Shown here piece by piece: positions 19,178 to 28,254 of a stretch of DNA of 64,000 nucleotides (position 1 is the stretch's first letter; every line of letters begins with the position of its first letter). This DNA comes from an uncultured Synergistales bacterium (GTDB taxonomy: Bacteria; Synergistota; Synergistia; Synergistales; Aminobacteriaceae), in the NCBI GenBank assembly GCA_905233645.1, contig CAJODZ010000001.1, positions 64,357 through 128,356 on the forward strand, given 5' to 3'. The position numbers were made by a program, and so were the translations under genes. The notes under the pieces were generated by a model. The model saw only the letters and a program-made list of their open reading frames with translations. It was not told the DNA's origin and did not search any database.

Positions 19178-20287
19178 ATGTTTAACTCTAATCTCGACAC
19201 TGATATAAAAATTATTTTGGAAGACGGACAAGAATTTTACGGGCATTCGTTCGGCGCAAGAACTGAGAAGCTCTTAGAATTAGTCTTTAACACTTCCGTT
19301 ATCGGTTATCAAGAAATTCTGTCTGACTTGTCTTACACGGGTCAGGCAGTTATTTTAACTTACCCTCTAATCGGAAATTACGGAATGAATGACAGCGATT
19401 ACGAATGCGAAAATCCTGCTATAGGAGCTTTAATCGTCCGTGAATATAATAACGAGCCGTCAAATTTCAGAAGTACCGCAACTCTTGATGACGTTATGAA
19501 AAAATTTAACATTACCGGCGTTTCTGGAGTTGATACTAGAAAATTAACGAGAATTATCCGCAATTTCGGGAGCTGTAAGGCTTTAATTACGAGCGCAGAT
19601 ACCCCGTTAAATGAATGTCTTGAAAAATTAAGCGGTTTTGATTTTCCAAAAGATACAGTCTCAAAAGTCAGCACTAAAAAAATTTTTGAAATTTATCCGG
19701 AACGGGAATTATTTAACGTTGTTGCTATAGACTGCGGAATAAAATTTAATATTCTGCGTTCGCTGGTAAAAAAGAACTGCCGCGTAACAGTCGTCCCGTA
19801 TGGTACCCCGTCTCAAGTTATAACAGCATTGAAACCGGACGGGATTTTTATTTCAAACGGTCCCGGCGACCCTAATGACATCCCTGAAACGATTGAGACC
19901 GTAAAAAATTTTATTGGCCTTTGTCCGGTTTTCGGAATATGTCTCGGGCATCAAATTATTTCGTTAGCTTACGGCGCAAAAACTTATAAATTAAAATTCG
20001 GTCATCATGGAGCTAACCACCCTGTTAAAAATTTAACAACCGGCAAAATCGAAATCACTTCGCAAAATCATTCTTACGCTGTCGATATTGAAAGCCTCAA
20101 AAATACACCGCTGAAAATAACGCACGTTAATTTACTCGATAAAACTGTTGAGGGCGTTGAATGCGTGCAGGACAAAATTTTCAGCGTCCAATATCATCCG
20201 GAAAGCGCACCAGGCCCGAACGACAGCGGATATTTATTTGACAAATTTATTGAAATCATGAGGGGAAATAAATTTCACTATGCCTAA
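19178..20287 (+). CDS. carA: Carbamoyl-phosphate synthase small (glutaminase) subunit
   Basis: The GICLGHQ, HHGANHPV and QYHPES motifs are present. Length is 369 aa and the gene overlaps the carB start. Confidence 0.93.
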   Translation: MFNSNLDTDIKIILEDGQEFYGHSFGARTEKLLELVFNTSVIGYQEILSDLSYTGQAVILTYPLIGNYGMNDSDYECENPAIGALIVREYNNEPSNFRSTATLDDVMKKFNITGVSGVDTRKLTRIIRNFGSCKALITSADTPLNECLEKLSGFDFPKDTVSKVSTKKIFEIYPERELFNVVAIDCGIKFNILRSLVKKNCRVTVVPYGTPSQVITALKPDGIFISNGPGDPNDIPETIETVKNFIGLCPVFGICLGHQIISLAYGAKTYKLKFGHHGANHPVKNLTTGKIEITSQNHSYAVDIESLKNTPLKITHVNLLDKTVEGVECVQDKIFSVQYHPESAPGPNDSGYLFDKFIEIMRGNKFHYA

Positions 20288-23200
20288 AAGAACGGACATC
20301 AAAAAAATTTTAATAATCGGTTCAGGGCCTATCGTTATCGGTCAGGCGGCTGAATTTGATTACGCAGGTACGCAGGCTTGTTTAGCGCTCAAAGAGGAAG
20401 GCTATCAAGTTATTTTGTGCAATTCAAATCCAGCTACTATCATGACTGATACAGCCATTGCGGATAAAATTTACATGGAGCCGCTCACGCTTGAATTTAT
20501 CGCAAAAATTATCAGGTATGAACGCCCGGACGCAATACTCCCGAATATCGGCGGCCAGACTGGTTTAAATTTGGCGGTACAGCTTGAAGAAAAAGGAATT
20601 TTATCAGAGTGCCGCGTTGAATTATTGGGGACAAATACAAAATCAATCAGACAGGCTGAAGACCGCGAAGAATTTAAAAAACTTTGTGAAGAATTAGGCG
20701 AACCCGTACTCCCTTCGGACACAGCTTCAACGATTGAAAAAGGCTTAAATATTGCTAAACGTATCGGGTATCCTGTAGTTTTAAGACCAGCTTTTACACT
20801 TGGCGGAACAGGCGGAGGATTTGCGGATAACGAAGAAGAATTTATTAACGTCATGAAAAACGCTTTAGAGATTTCGCCGGTGAAACAAGTTTTAATCGAA
20901 AAGAGCGTTAAAGGCTATAAAGAAATTGAATACGAAGTCATGCGCGATAAAAATGATACGGCCATAACGATTTGCAACATGGAAAATCTCGACCCAGTCG
21001 GCATTCACACTGGAGATTCTATAGTTGTATGCCCGTCGCAGACTTTAACAAATAAAGAATATCAAATGTTACGGAACAGTGCTTTGAAAATTATCCGCGC
21101 TCTAAAAATTGAGGGCGGTTGTAATGTTCAATTTGCTTTAGACCCAAACTCATTTAAATATTATTTAATCGAAGTCAATCCGCGTGTTTCGAGGTCGTCC
21201 GCATTAGCTTCAAAAGCCAGCGGTTATCCGATTGCTCGTGTATCAGCTAAAATTGGTGTTGGAATGATGTTAGACGAAATTGCTCTCGCTAACACTCCTG
21301 CTTCGTTTGAGCCTTCGCTTGATTATGTTGTAACAAAACTTCCGCGCTTCCCTTTTGATAAATTCATTGACGCTGATAACGCACTGTCAACGCAAATGAA
21401 AGCAACCGGAGAAGTTATGAGCGTAGGCCGTTCGTTTGAAGAAAGTTTATTAAAGGGTATCCGTTCGCTTGAGATTGGTGCGTATCATATTCACTTAAAT
21501 AAATTTGACGCGATGCCCGATGAAAAATTGCTTGATTATATAAAAATCGGAACTGATGACAGAATTTACGCCATAGCTGAATTATTACGCCGTGATTGTG
21601 ATATAAATCAAATTATTTCAGCAAGTGCTGTCGATAAATTTTTTATCCAGAAAATTAAAAATATAGTCGTCATAGAAAAAGCTTTAAAAGCAAATCCAGA
21701 CAATATAAAATTTTTATACGCCGCGAAAAAAATTGGATTTTCTGATAAAGAGATTGCGTTTTTATGGGGCAAAAGCGAACGTGAAATTTTTAACTGCCGC
21801 GTTGAAAATAATATTGCTCCTGTTTATAAAATGATTGATACCTGCGCATCAGAATTTGAAAGTTATGTCCCTTATTTTTATTCGACTTACGAAAATGAAA
21901 ATGAAGTTATCGTCTCGGATAAACATAAAATAATTGTGCTTGGTTCAGGACCGATAAGGATTGGTCAAGGAATTGAATTTGATTACTCAAGTGTTCACGC
22001 TGTAAAAACTCTTAAAAAAGCAGGTTACGAAGCAATTATTATTAACAACAACCCTGAAACCGTATCGACTGATTACACTTGCTCAGACAAATTATATTTT
22101 GAACCGCTCTGTGTTGAAGACGTAATGAATATTATTTTGCTTGAAAAGCCCGACGGAGTAATTGTAACTTTAGGAGGACAGACCGCTATAAATCTTGCTG
22201 AAGCTCTAAAAGAACACGGCGTAAAAATTATCGGGACAGACTGTGATGCTATAGAACGTGCTGAAAACCGCGACTTGTTTGAAAAATTGTTAATCTCTTT
22301 AAATATTCCTCAACCTGAAGGCCAAGCCGTTACGGATATTAACGAAGGAATTATCGCCGCGCGTGAAATCGGATATCCTGTTTTAGTTCGGCCAAGTTTT
22401 GTATTAGGCGGACGCGCTATGCAAATCGTAGCTAAAGAGGAGGCAATGTGGAATTATTTAAAAAACGCAGTCGCCATTGATAAAAATAAACCCGTCTTAA
22501 TCGACCATTACATAAAAGGCAAAGAAGTCGAAGTTGATGCGGTGTGCGACGGAGAAAATATTTTTGTGCCTGGAATTATGGAACTTGTCGAAAGAACGGG
22601 CGTTCATTCAGGAGATTCGATTAGTGTTTATCCGCCGTGTAATTTATCTGACAACGTTAAAAATATTATTTTGGATTACACGGAAAAATTAGGGCTTGGA
22701 ATTGGAATAAAGGGGCTTTTTAATATTCAGTTTATCGTTGACGCTTCTGAAAAAGTTTATATTATCGAAGTTAATCCGCGCTCTTCGAGAACAGTACCGT
22801 TTATTTCAAAAGCTACGGGTTATAACATTGCTGATATTGGGACGTTAGTTATGCTTGGCAAATCTTTAAAAGAGCAAGGAATTTTTTTCAAATACCCTCC
22901 TGAAAAATCACGCTATTATGTAAAAGTTCCGGCGTTCTCATTTTCAAAACTTGCAGGCATGGACGCTTATTTATCGCCTGAAATGAAGTCAACCGGTGAG
23001 GCAATAGGTTATGACAAAACATTACATAGAGCAGTTTACAAGGCAATGATTGCTTCCGGACTTCGTTTAAAAAATTACGGGACTGTTTTAGTGAGTGTTG
23101 CTGATGAAGACAAAGAAGAGGCCGTCCCGTTGATTAAAAGATTTTATGACATGGGTTTTAATATCGAAGCAACAAGTTTAACCGGCGAAGTCTTAAAAGC

Positions 23201-23462
23201 TCACGGCATTCATACAAAAATTCGTTTGAAACCAAGTGAGGGCAGTGATGAAGTTTTAAAATCTATCAGAGCTGGCTATGTCAGTTACGTTATAAATACT
23301 AGAGCTGTATTATCCGGCGTTCATTATGGAGACGGAGTAGCTATTCGACGTTGTGCCGCACAAAATAATGTTACAATGTTGACATCGCTCGACACAGTTA
23401 GAATTTTGCTCGATGTGCTGGAGGAAATTACATTTAGTGTTTCGACGATTGACGCGACTTAA
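20280..23462 (+). CDS. carB: Carbamoyl-phosphate synthase large subunit (copy 1, paired with carA)
   Basis: The 1060-aa product has duplicated ATP-grasp halves (IIGSGPIVIGQAAEFDYAGTQA… and VLGSGPIRIGQGIEFDYSSVHA…) and an MGS-like C-terminal domain. Confidence 0.95.
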   Translation: MPKRTDIKKILIIGSGPIVIGQAAEFDYAGTQACLALKEEGYQVILCNSNPATIMTDTAIADKIYMEPLTLEFIAKIIRYERPDAILPNIGGQTGLNLAVQLEEKGILSECRVELLGTNTKSIRQAEDREEFKKLCEELGEPVLPSDTASTIEKGLNIAKRIGYPVVLRPAFTLGGTGGGFADNEEEFINVMKNALEISPVKQVLIEKSVKGYKEIEYEVMRDKNDTAITICNMENLDPVGIHTGDSIVVCPSQTLTNKEYQMLRNSALKIIRALKIEGGCNVQFALDPNSFKYYLIEVNPRVSRSSALASKASGYPIARVSAKIGVGMMLDEIALANTPASFEPSLDYVVTKLPRFPFDKFIDADNALSTQMKATGEVMSVGRSFEESLLKGIRSLEIGAYHIHLNKFDAMPDEKLLDYIKIGTDDRIYAIAELLRRDCDINQIISASAVDKFFIQKIKNIVVIEKALKANPDNIKFLYAAKKIGFSDKEIAFLWGKSEREIFNCRVENNIAPVYKMIDTCASEFESYVPYFYSTYENENEVIVSDKHKIIVLGSGPIRIGQGIEFDYSSVHAVKTLKKAGYEAIIINNNPETVSTDYTCSDKLYFEPLCVEDVMNIILLEKPDGVIVTLGGQTAINLAEALKEHGVKIIGTDCDAIERAENRDLFEKLLISLNIPQPEGQAVTDINEGIIAAREIGYPVLVRPSFVLGGRAMQIVAKEEAMWNYLKNAVAIDKNKPVLIDHYIKGKEVEVDAVCDGENIFVPGIMELVERTGVHSGDSISVYPPCNLSDNVKNIILDYTEKLGLGIGIKGLFNIQFIVDASEKVYIIEVNPRSSRTVPFISKATGYNIADIGTLVMLGKSLKEQGIFFKYPPEKSRYYVKVPAFSFSKLAGMDAYLSPEMKSTGEAIGYDKTLHRAVYKAMIASGLRLKNYGTVLVSVADEDKEEAVPLIKRFYDMGFNIEATSLTGEVLKAHGIHTKIRLKPSEGSDEVLKSIRAGYVSYVINTRAVLSGVHYGDGVAIRRCAAQNNVTMLTSLDTVRILLDVLEEITFSVSTIDAT

Positions 23463-23636
23463 TAAGATAGCTTAAATATGTTTTAACATTTTTTAACAGA
23501 ACCGTGAAAAATTTTGAGCGAAATAAATTTTAACAACTTTCAAACCGATAATCATTTATTATTTAAACAAGTCCGAAAATGTTTTTAGACACGAATGCAA
23601 TTTCTGAAAAAATTTTTGAAAGGAGAATTGAAATTT

Positions 23637-26600
23637 ATGGAACGCTTTTTAAAATTAACGGCTCTGTTTTTTTTAGGCGCAATATTTTTCTCAAGTGCTA
23701 ACGTTACAGCGAACGCTGAAGAATTTTCGCCCGAAGGAAAATTTGAAGACCCGCCCGAAAATTTTTTAATCTGGCAAGAAGAACAAGAGGCGATGAAAAA
23801 TGACCCTGATTACGCAAATTACAACAACGCTTATATTCCGTCGCCGGTCGATTTATCTCATATAGGGCGCAAAAATAATCAAAGCTCTATTAACCTCGAA
23901 CAAAGTAATCAAATTAAAACAACTCTTCCGTCATCATATAACGTTAAAACTTTGGTTACAGCTGTAAAAAATCAAGGCTCTTACGGAACATGCTGGGCGC
24001 ACGCGGCAATAGGAGCTATGGAATCAAACTTTGTTAAAACATACGGCTCAAGAATTGATTTATCGATAATGCATTTAGCATGGTTCACGTTTGTAAATCC
24101 TGACAGCAGCAAAGCATTTTTCGATTTTCCAGCTAATACTGACCTAGCAACTATTTTAAATAAGGGCGGCAACGCTTATTTTCCAACAGCTTTATATTCA
24201 AGATTAGACGGCGCAGCTTTAATGACCGACCTTTTATATCCTAATCAACCCGAAAAAGGAGCAAAGCCTTCAGATTTTCAGCGCGTAATAAGATTAAAAG
24301 ACGTTTTTTATTTGAACATGAATAACAGGCTGAACGCCAACGAAAATGAAGAGCAAAGGAATATTGTCAAGCAACGCATAATCGATAACGGTGCTGTAAT
24401 AGCGAGTTATTTAGATACTGACGGCTATTACCAGACTAAAGACGGCAAAACAACTTTTTACAGCGGCAATTCTTCAACAAGTGTCAATCACGCGATTATG
24501 ATTGTTGGTTGGGACGATAATTTTGCGAAAGAGAATTTTTTAGTACAACCCTCAAATAACGGCGCGTGGCTTATAAAAAATTCATGGGGTTCAAAATGGG
24601 GCGACAGCGGTTATTTTTGGATGTCATACGACGAATATTTAGCGGACGGCATGGCCTTCACTGTTGAAGATGCTAACGACGATATGAAATGTTATTATTA
24701 TGACGCTCTAGGTTGGGCAAAAACTTTCACGTTCGACGGAGCAAGCGCGGTTTATTCAGCAAACGTCTTCAAAGCAACACGCACGAATGAATATTTAAAC
24801 GAAGTCGGCTTTTATGTCCCTGATAATAACGTAACGTACGGCATTCAAATTTATACAGGCTTAGTGTCTATTCCCTCAGCAAGTCCGGTTAATGGGACGT
24901 TAGCTCATTCTCAAAGCGGAACGATAGATTATGCCGGTTATCACACGATTAAATTAAATTCGTCAATCCCATTGCCGGAAGATAAATATTTTTCTGTCGT
25001 TGTGCGTCTTGGTAATCAAAATTTAATCCCTGTCGAAGGCAAAGTCTCTAATTTCACGGACAACGCTACGATTGAAAAAGGAAGCTTTTTTTCATCAGAC
25101 GGTACAAATTGGAAAACAGGCTCGTCAATCGGGGCTAATGCTTGCGTAAAAGCTTTCACTACGACAAATAATAATGCAAATCCAGGAATAACTACATCAA
25201 GCTTAAGCGACGCTGTCATAAATAAATCTTACAGTGCAAAATTGGCCGCAATCGGTTTAATCCCTGTAACCTGGACTAAGACAAGCGGTGATTTGCCAAC
25301 GGGTTTAACGATGACTTCAACAGGTTATATTTATGGTGTTCCGACTGTCGAAGGGACTTCAAATTTCACGGTCAAAGCTAAAAATTCTAAAGGCAGTGTC
25401 TCAAAAAATTTTTCAATTACAGTTACCGACGGCATCTCAATCACAACAAAATCATTTTCAGGAATGGTCGGTACTACTTTTAATGAGACGCTTAAAACGA
25501 GTTTAGGCTCAGGCATAACATGGTCAGCGAACGGCGAATTACCTTACGGACTGAGTTTAAATTCAAACACCGGCGTTATAAAAGGTAAACCGACGCTCGA
25601 AGGTACGTACACAGTTTCATTCACAGCTAGTAATTCAACCGGCAGCGTTACCGACGACGTAATTTTTTATATTGAGGCTCAAGCGACAAAACCAGTTATT
25701 AAAATTTCGTCCTTGCCCAATGCAACGGTCGGTATAAATTATGAAAAAGAGATAACTTTAACAGGCTCAGACCCAATTAAATTAAGTGTTTCAGGATTGC
25801 CGGACGGTTTATCGCTCGATGAAAAAATTTTAAAAGGCACGCCCGAAGTTTCAGGAACATACACTTTAAAATTTACGGCTGAAAATCGTGCAACGGAAAT
25901 CAGCGGGACAGCTGTAACTAAATCATTAAAGCTTGTCATAAAAGACGTTGTACCTGTTATAAAAGAGATTAGCTTCGATTACGGTATCGTTGGAGTTGAA
26001 TATCCTGAAACGCAATTAACTTACACTGGCGGCAGTGGTACGATTAAATGGAGTGCTGCGAGTTTGCCTTCAGGTATGAAATTAACAACAGACGGGCTTT
26101 TATATGGAACTCCTAAAAAAGCTGGTAAATATAGTCCGAAATTTACTGTTAAAAATTCAAGCGGTAATACTTCGTTCAAAACAACATTCATGGTTTACGC
26201 ACCGCCTGAACTTTCGACAACTAAATTAGCAAACGCAACTTCAGGCAAAAATTACAGCACCCAAATTAAATTAACCGGTTCGTTGCCTTTGACATCGTTT
26301 GATTTAGAGGGATTGCCTGACGGTTTAGTATTCAGTCCTGATTTAACGCGCGGTACTGGAAAAATTACGGGTATTTCTCGCTTGGCAGGAACATATAGCC
26401 TTGACATCGCAGCTCAAAATTTAGCAGGCTCGTTTGACAAAAATATAATTTTTAAAGTTAATGGAAGTGCGCCGAGAATTTCCATGAAAACTGTCCGTAA
26501 AGGTAAAATCGGGACGTTCTTCGGTTTAAGTGCTGATTTAACGGGAAGCTTGCCAATAAATTTAAGCTACAGCGTTACAAAATCAGATTTGGAGAAGGCG

Positions 26601-27941
26601 GGAATTTCGAGTTTTGATGATTTAAAATTAATTTTCGCGAGTGATGATAATTCATTCTCATTATCAGGAGTACCGCATAAATCCGTTAAAAATCTTCCTG
26701 TAACGTTCAAAGCTACTAACGCATTCGGAACAGCTACGAAAAAGACATCGATTACTATTGCCGGAACTAAGCCGTATTTTTTAAGTCCTGATAAAAATAT
26801 AACGATTACGGTTTTGCCAAATGCAAGCATGAAAATCGATATCGGTTTTACAGGAACAGAGACGATGACAATTTCAGCGACGGGCTTACCTTCAACGATG
26901 AACATTCACCGTCACCCAATGCTCGCAAGCGGTTTATGCAAATCTCACATTCGCGGTAATGCACCGTCAACGGAGAGCAAAAATATTATCAACGTTCATG
27001 TTACAAATGCTGACGGTAAAGCTACACGGAAAATAACTTTATTAACGCGCGTCCCGCCAAAAATTAAGTCTGAAGAATTGCCCAATGCTACGTATAAAAA
27101 GACTTACAGCAAAAAATTAACTGCTACCGGCTCAAAACCCATAACCTGGAAAGTAATCAGCGGCGCAACTCCTACAGGACTTAAATTTAGTTCGAGCGGC
27201 GGAAATTTCACGGGCAAACCTACAGCAGTCGGAGATTTTACGTTTAAAGTTCAGGCAACAAATTTAATGGGCAGTACGACGCAAGAATTTACGATTAGTG
27301 TTAAATCAGCCGATGTTAAAAATTCCGTTGCTTCTTACGAGACCAACACCAACACCAACACTAACACGGACGAAAACATAATCGAAAATACAAGCGATAG
27401 CGAAAATATTTTTGACGATGACGAATTTGCTGCGCAAGAAATTTCTAATATTTCTGAAAACGATTTGAGCGTGTCCGAAAATGAAGATTACGCTTTAAAT
27501 AATTCTTCAACAGGGACGAACACAGAAGACGGAATGTTAATAATTGCTGAGTTGCCGGAAGTCGAAATTTTAACGGCTGGCGAATATAAATTTAACATTA
27601 CGCTTGACGAGGACGTACCTTCAGGAATGGAATTATTTTTCAGAAACGGAATTAACGCTGAAAATCTTGAAAACGTTAAATTTTTATACGATGACGCTGA
27701 AATTAAAGTAACGGCTCTTGAAAGCGAACACGAACTCGAAATTTTAGCGACGCTTGAACCTGGAGTGTATGCACCTGTGATTTTAGCGGCCTATTCTGAA
27801 AACAAGGACGATAATTCAGATTTAAAAACGAGTGAGGCAGCTTTGAATAAAAATTCGGGTGGTTGTAATTCTGGAGTTGATTTAATAGCTTTGACATTCG
27901 CTTTGATTTTAATAACGGCGATAAAATCCAAAGTCAAATAA
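23637..27941 (+). CDS. Secreted papain-like (C1) cysteine peptidase with about 10 putative Ig-like (He_PIG-type) repeats, an acidic linker and a Synerg-CTERM-like sorting signal
   Basis: The preferred start is ATG 23637, 8 nt after AAAGGAG, giving the signal peptide MERFLKLTALFFLGAIFFSSANVTANA. Catalytic contexts are QGSYGTCWAHA, VNHAIMIVGWDD and NSWGSKWGDSGYFWMSY. Repeated LPxGL…G…G-PT..GTY.F.V.A.N segments follow. The C-terminus is NSGGCNSG + TM + KSKVK. Confidence 0.85.
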   Translation: MERFLKLTALFFLGAIFFSSANVTANAEEFSPEGKFEDPPENFLIWQEEQEAMKNDPDYANYNNAYIPSPVDLSHIGRKNNQSSINLEQSNQIKTTLPSSYNVKTLVTAVKNQGSYGTCWAHAAIGAMESNFVKTYGSRIDLSIMHLAWFTFVNPDSSKAFFDFPANTDLATILNKGGNAYFPTALYSRLDGAALMTDLLYPNQPEKGAKPSDFQRVIRLKDVFYLNMNNRLNANENEEQRNIVKQRIIDNGAVIASYLDTDGYYQTKDGKTTFYSGNSSTSVNHAIMIVGWDDNFAKENFLVQPSNNGAWLIKNSWGSKWGDSGYFWMSYDEYLADGMAFTVEDANDDMKCYYYDALGWAKTFTFDGASAVYSANVFKATRTNEYLNEVGFYVPDNNVTYGIQIYTGLVSIPSASPVNGTLAHSQSGTIDYAGYHTIKLNSSIPLPEDKYFSVVVRLGNQNLIPVEGKVSNFTDNATIEKGSFFSSDGTNWKTGSSIGANACVKAFTTTNNNANPGITTSSLSDAVINKSYSAKLAAIGLIPVTWTKTSGDLPTGLTMTSTGYIYGVPTVEGTSNFTVKAKNSKGSVSKNFSITVTDGISITTKSFSGMVGTTFNETLKTSLGSGITWSANGELPYGLSLNSNTGVIKGKPTLEGTYTVSFTASNSTGSVTDDVIFYIEAQATKPVIKISSLPNATVGINYEKEITLTGSDPIKLSVSGLPDGLSLDEKILKGTPEVSGTYTLKFTAENRATEISGTAVTKSLKLVIKDVVPVIKEISFDYGIVGVEYPETQLTYTGGSGTIKWSAASLPSGMKLTTDGLLYGTPKKAGKYSPKFTVKNSSGNTSFKTTFMVYAPPELSTTKLANATSGKNYSTQIKLTGSLPLTSFDLEGLPDGLVFSPDLTRGTGKITGISRLAGTYSLDIAAQNLAGSFDKNIIFKVNGSAPRISMKTVRKGKIGTFFGLSADLTGSLPINLSYSVTKSDLEKAGISSFDDLKLIFASDDNSFSLSGVPHKSVKNLPVTFKATNAFGTATKKTSITIAGTKPYFLSPDKNITITVLPNASMKIDIGFTGTETMTISATGLPSTMNIHRHPMLASGLCKSHIRGNAPSTESKNIINVHVTNADGKATRKITLLTRVPPKIKSEELPNATYKKTYSKKLTATGSKPITWKVISGATPTGLKFSSSGGNFTGKPTAVGDFTFKVQATNLMGSTTQEFTISVKSADVKNSVASYETNTNTNTNTDENIIENTSDSENIFDDDEFAAQEISNISENDLSVSENEDYALNNSSTGTNTEDGMLIIAELPEVEILTAGEYKFNITLDEDVPSGMELFFRNGINAENLENVKFLYDDAEIKVTALESEHELEILATLEPGVYAPVILAAYSENKDDNSDLKTSEAALNKNSGGCNSGVDLIALTFALILITAIKSKVK

Positions 27942-27970
27942 TTTAATTTAGCGAACGCAATTTTTTACGG

Positions 27971-28002
27971 ACAGGCTCTCATTTGGTGAGAGTCTGTTTT
28001 TT
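27971..28002 (+). terminator. Rho-independent terminator after the C1 peptidase gene
   Basis: ACAGGCTCTCA-TTTGG-TGAGAGTCTGT followed by TTTTTT. Confidence 0.7.
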
Positions 28003-28015
28003 AATTTACGCCTCT

Positions 28016-28112
28016 AAAAAAATCGCAACATTATTTTTTAAAACGCGTTCATAAAATATTACGGGCGTTAAATTTTCAAAGGCTCTTCGTAGTTGTAAAC
28101 GTAGTTGCAAAA
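28016..28112 (+). repeat. Intergenic ~100-nt dispersed repeat, copy 3 (forward orientation, most diverged at its 5' half)
   Basis: It ends in AAAGGCTCTTCGTAGTTGTAAACGTAGTTGCAAAAT. The 5' half (AAAAAATCGCAACATTATTTTTTAAAACG…) aligns with copy 1 with substitutions. Confidence 0.7.
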
Positions 28113-28180
28113 TTTATATGATTTCGTGAAATTTTTAATGATTGGTCAGAGAATTGTACGCGAAAATTATAGCTCATATT

Positions 28181-28216
28181 AAAAATAAAAATACCCCCAA
28201 GCAAAAAACTTGAGGG
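28181..28216 (-). terminator. Rho-independent terminator after the second carB
   Basis: The minus strand reads CCCTCAAG-TTTTTTG-CTTGGGGG followed by TATTTTTATTTTT. Confidence 0.7.
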
Positions 28217-28254
28217 CAATTTTTTAAGAAGTTCGATAAAAATTTTTCGCCAAA

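Noticed and set aside
20471-20854. Antisense or overlapping ORFs of 60-130 aa inside carB, gltB, glnN, the C1 peptidase gene, polA and others (for example 20471-20854, 28469-28819, 26567-26905, 34686-34991)
   Set aside because: All are embedded in, and antisense or out of frame to, long ORFs with unambiguous conserved motifs. None has a convincing RBS, and their compositions are typical of shadow ORFs.
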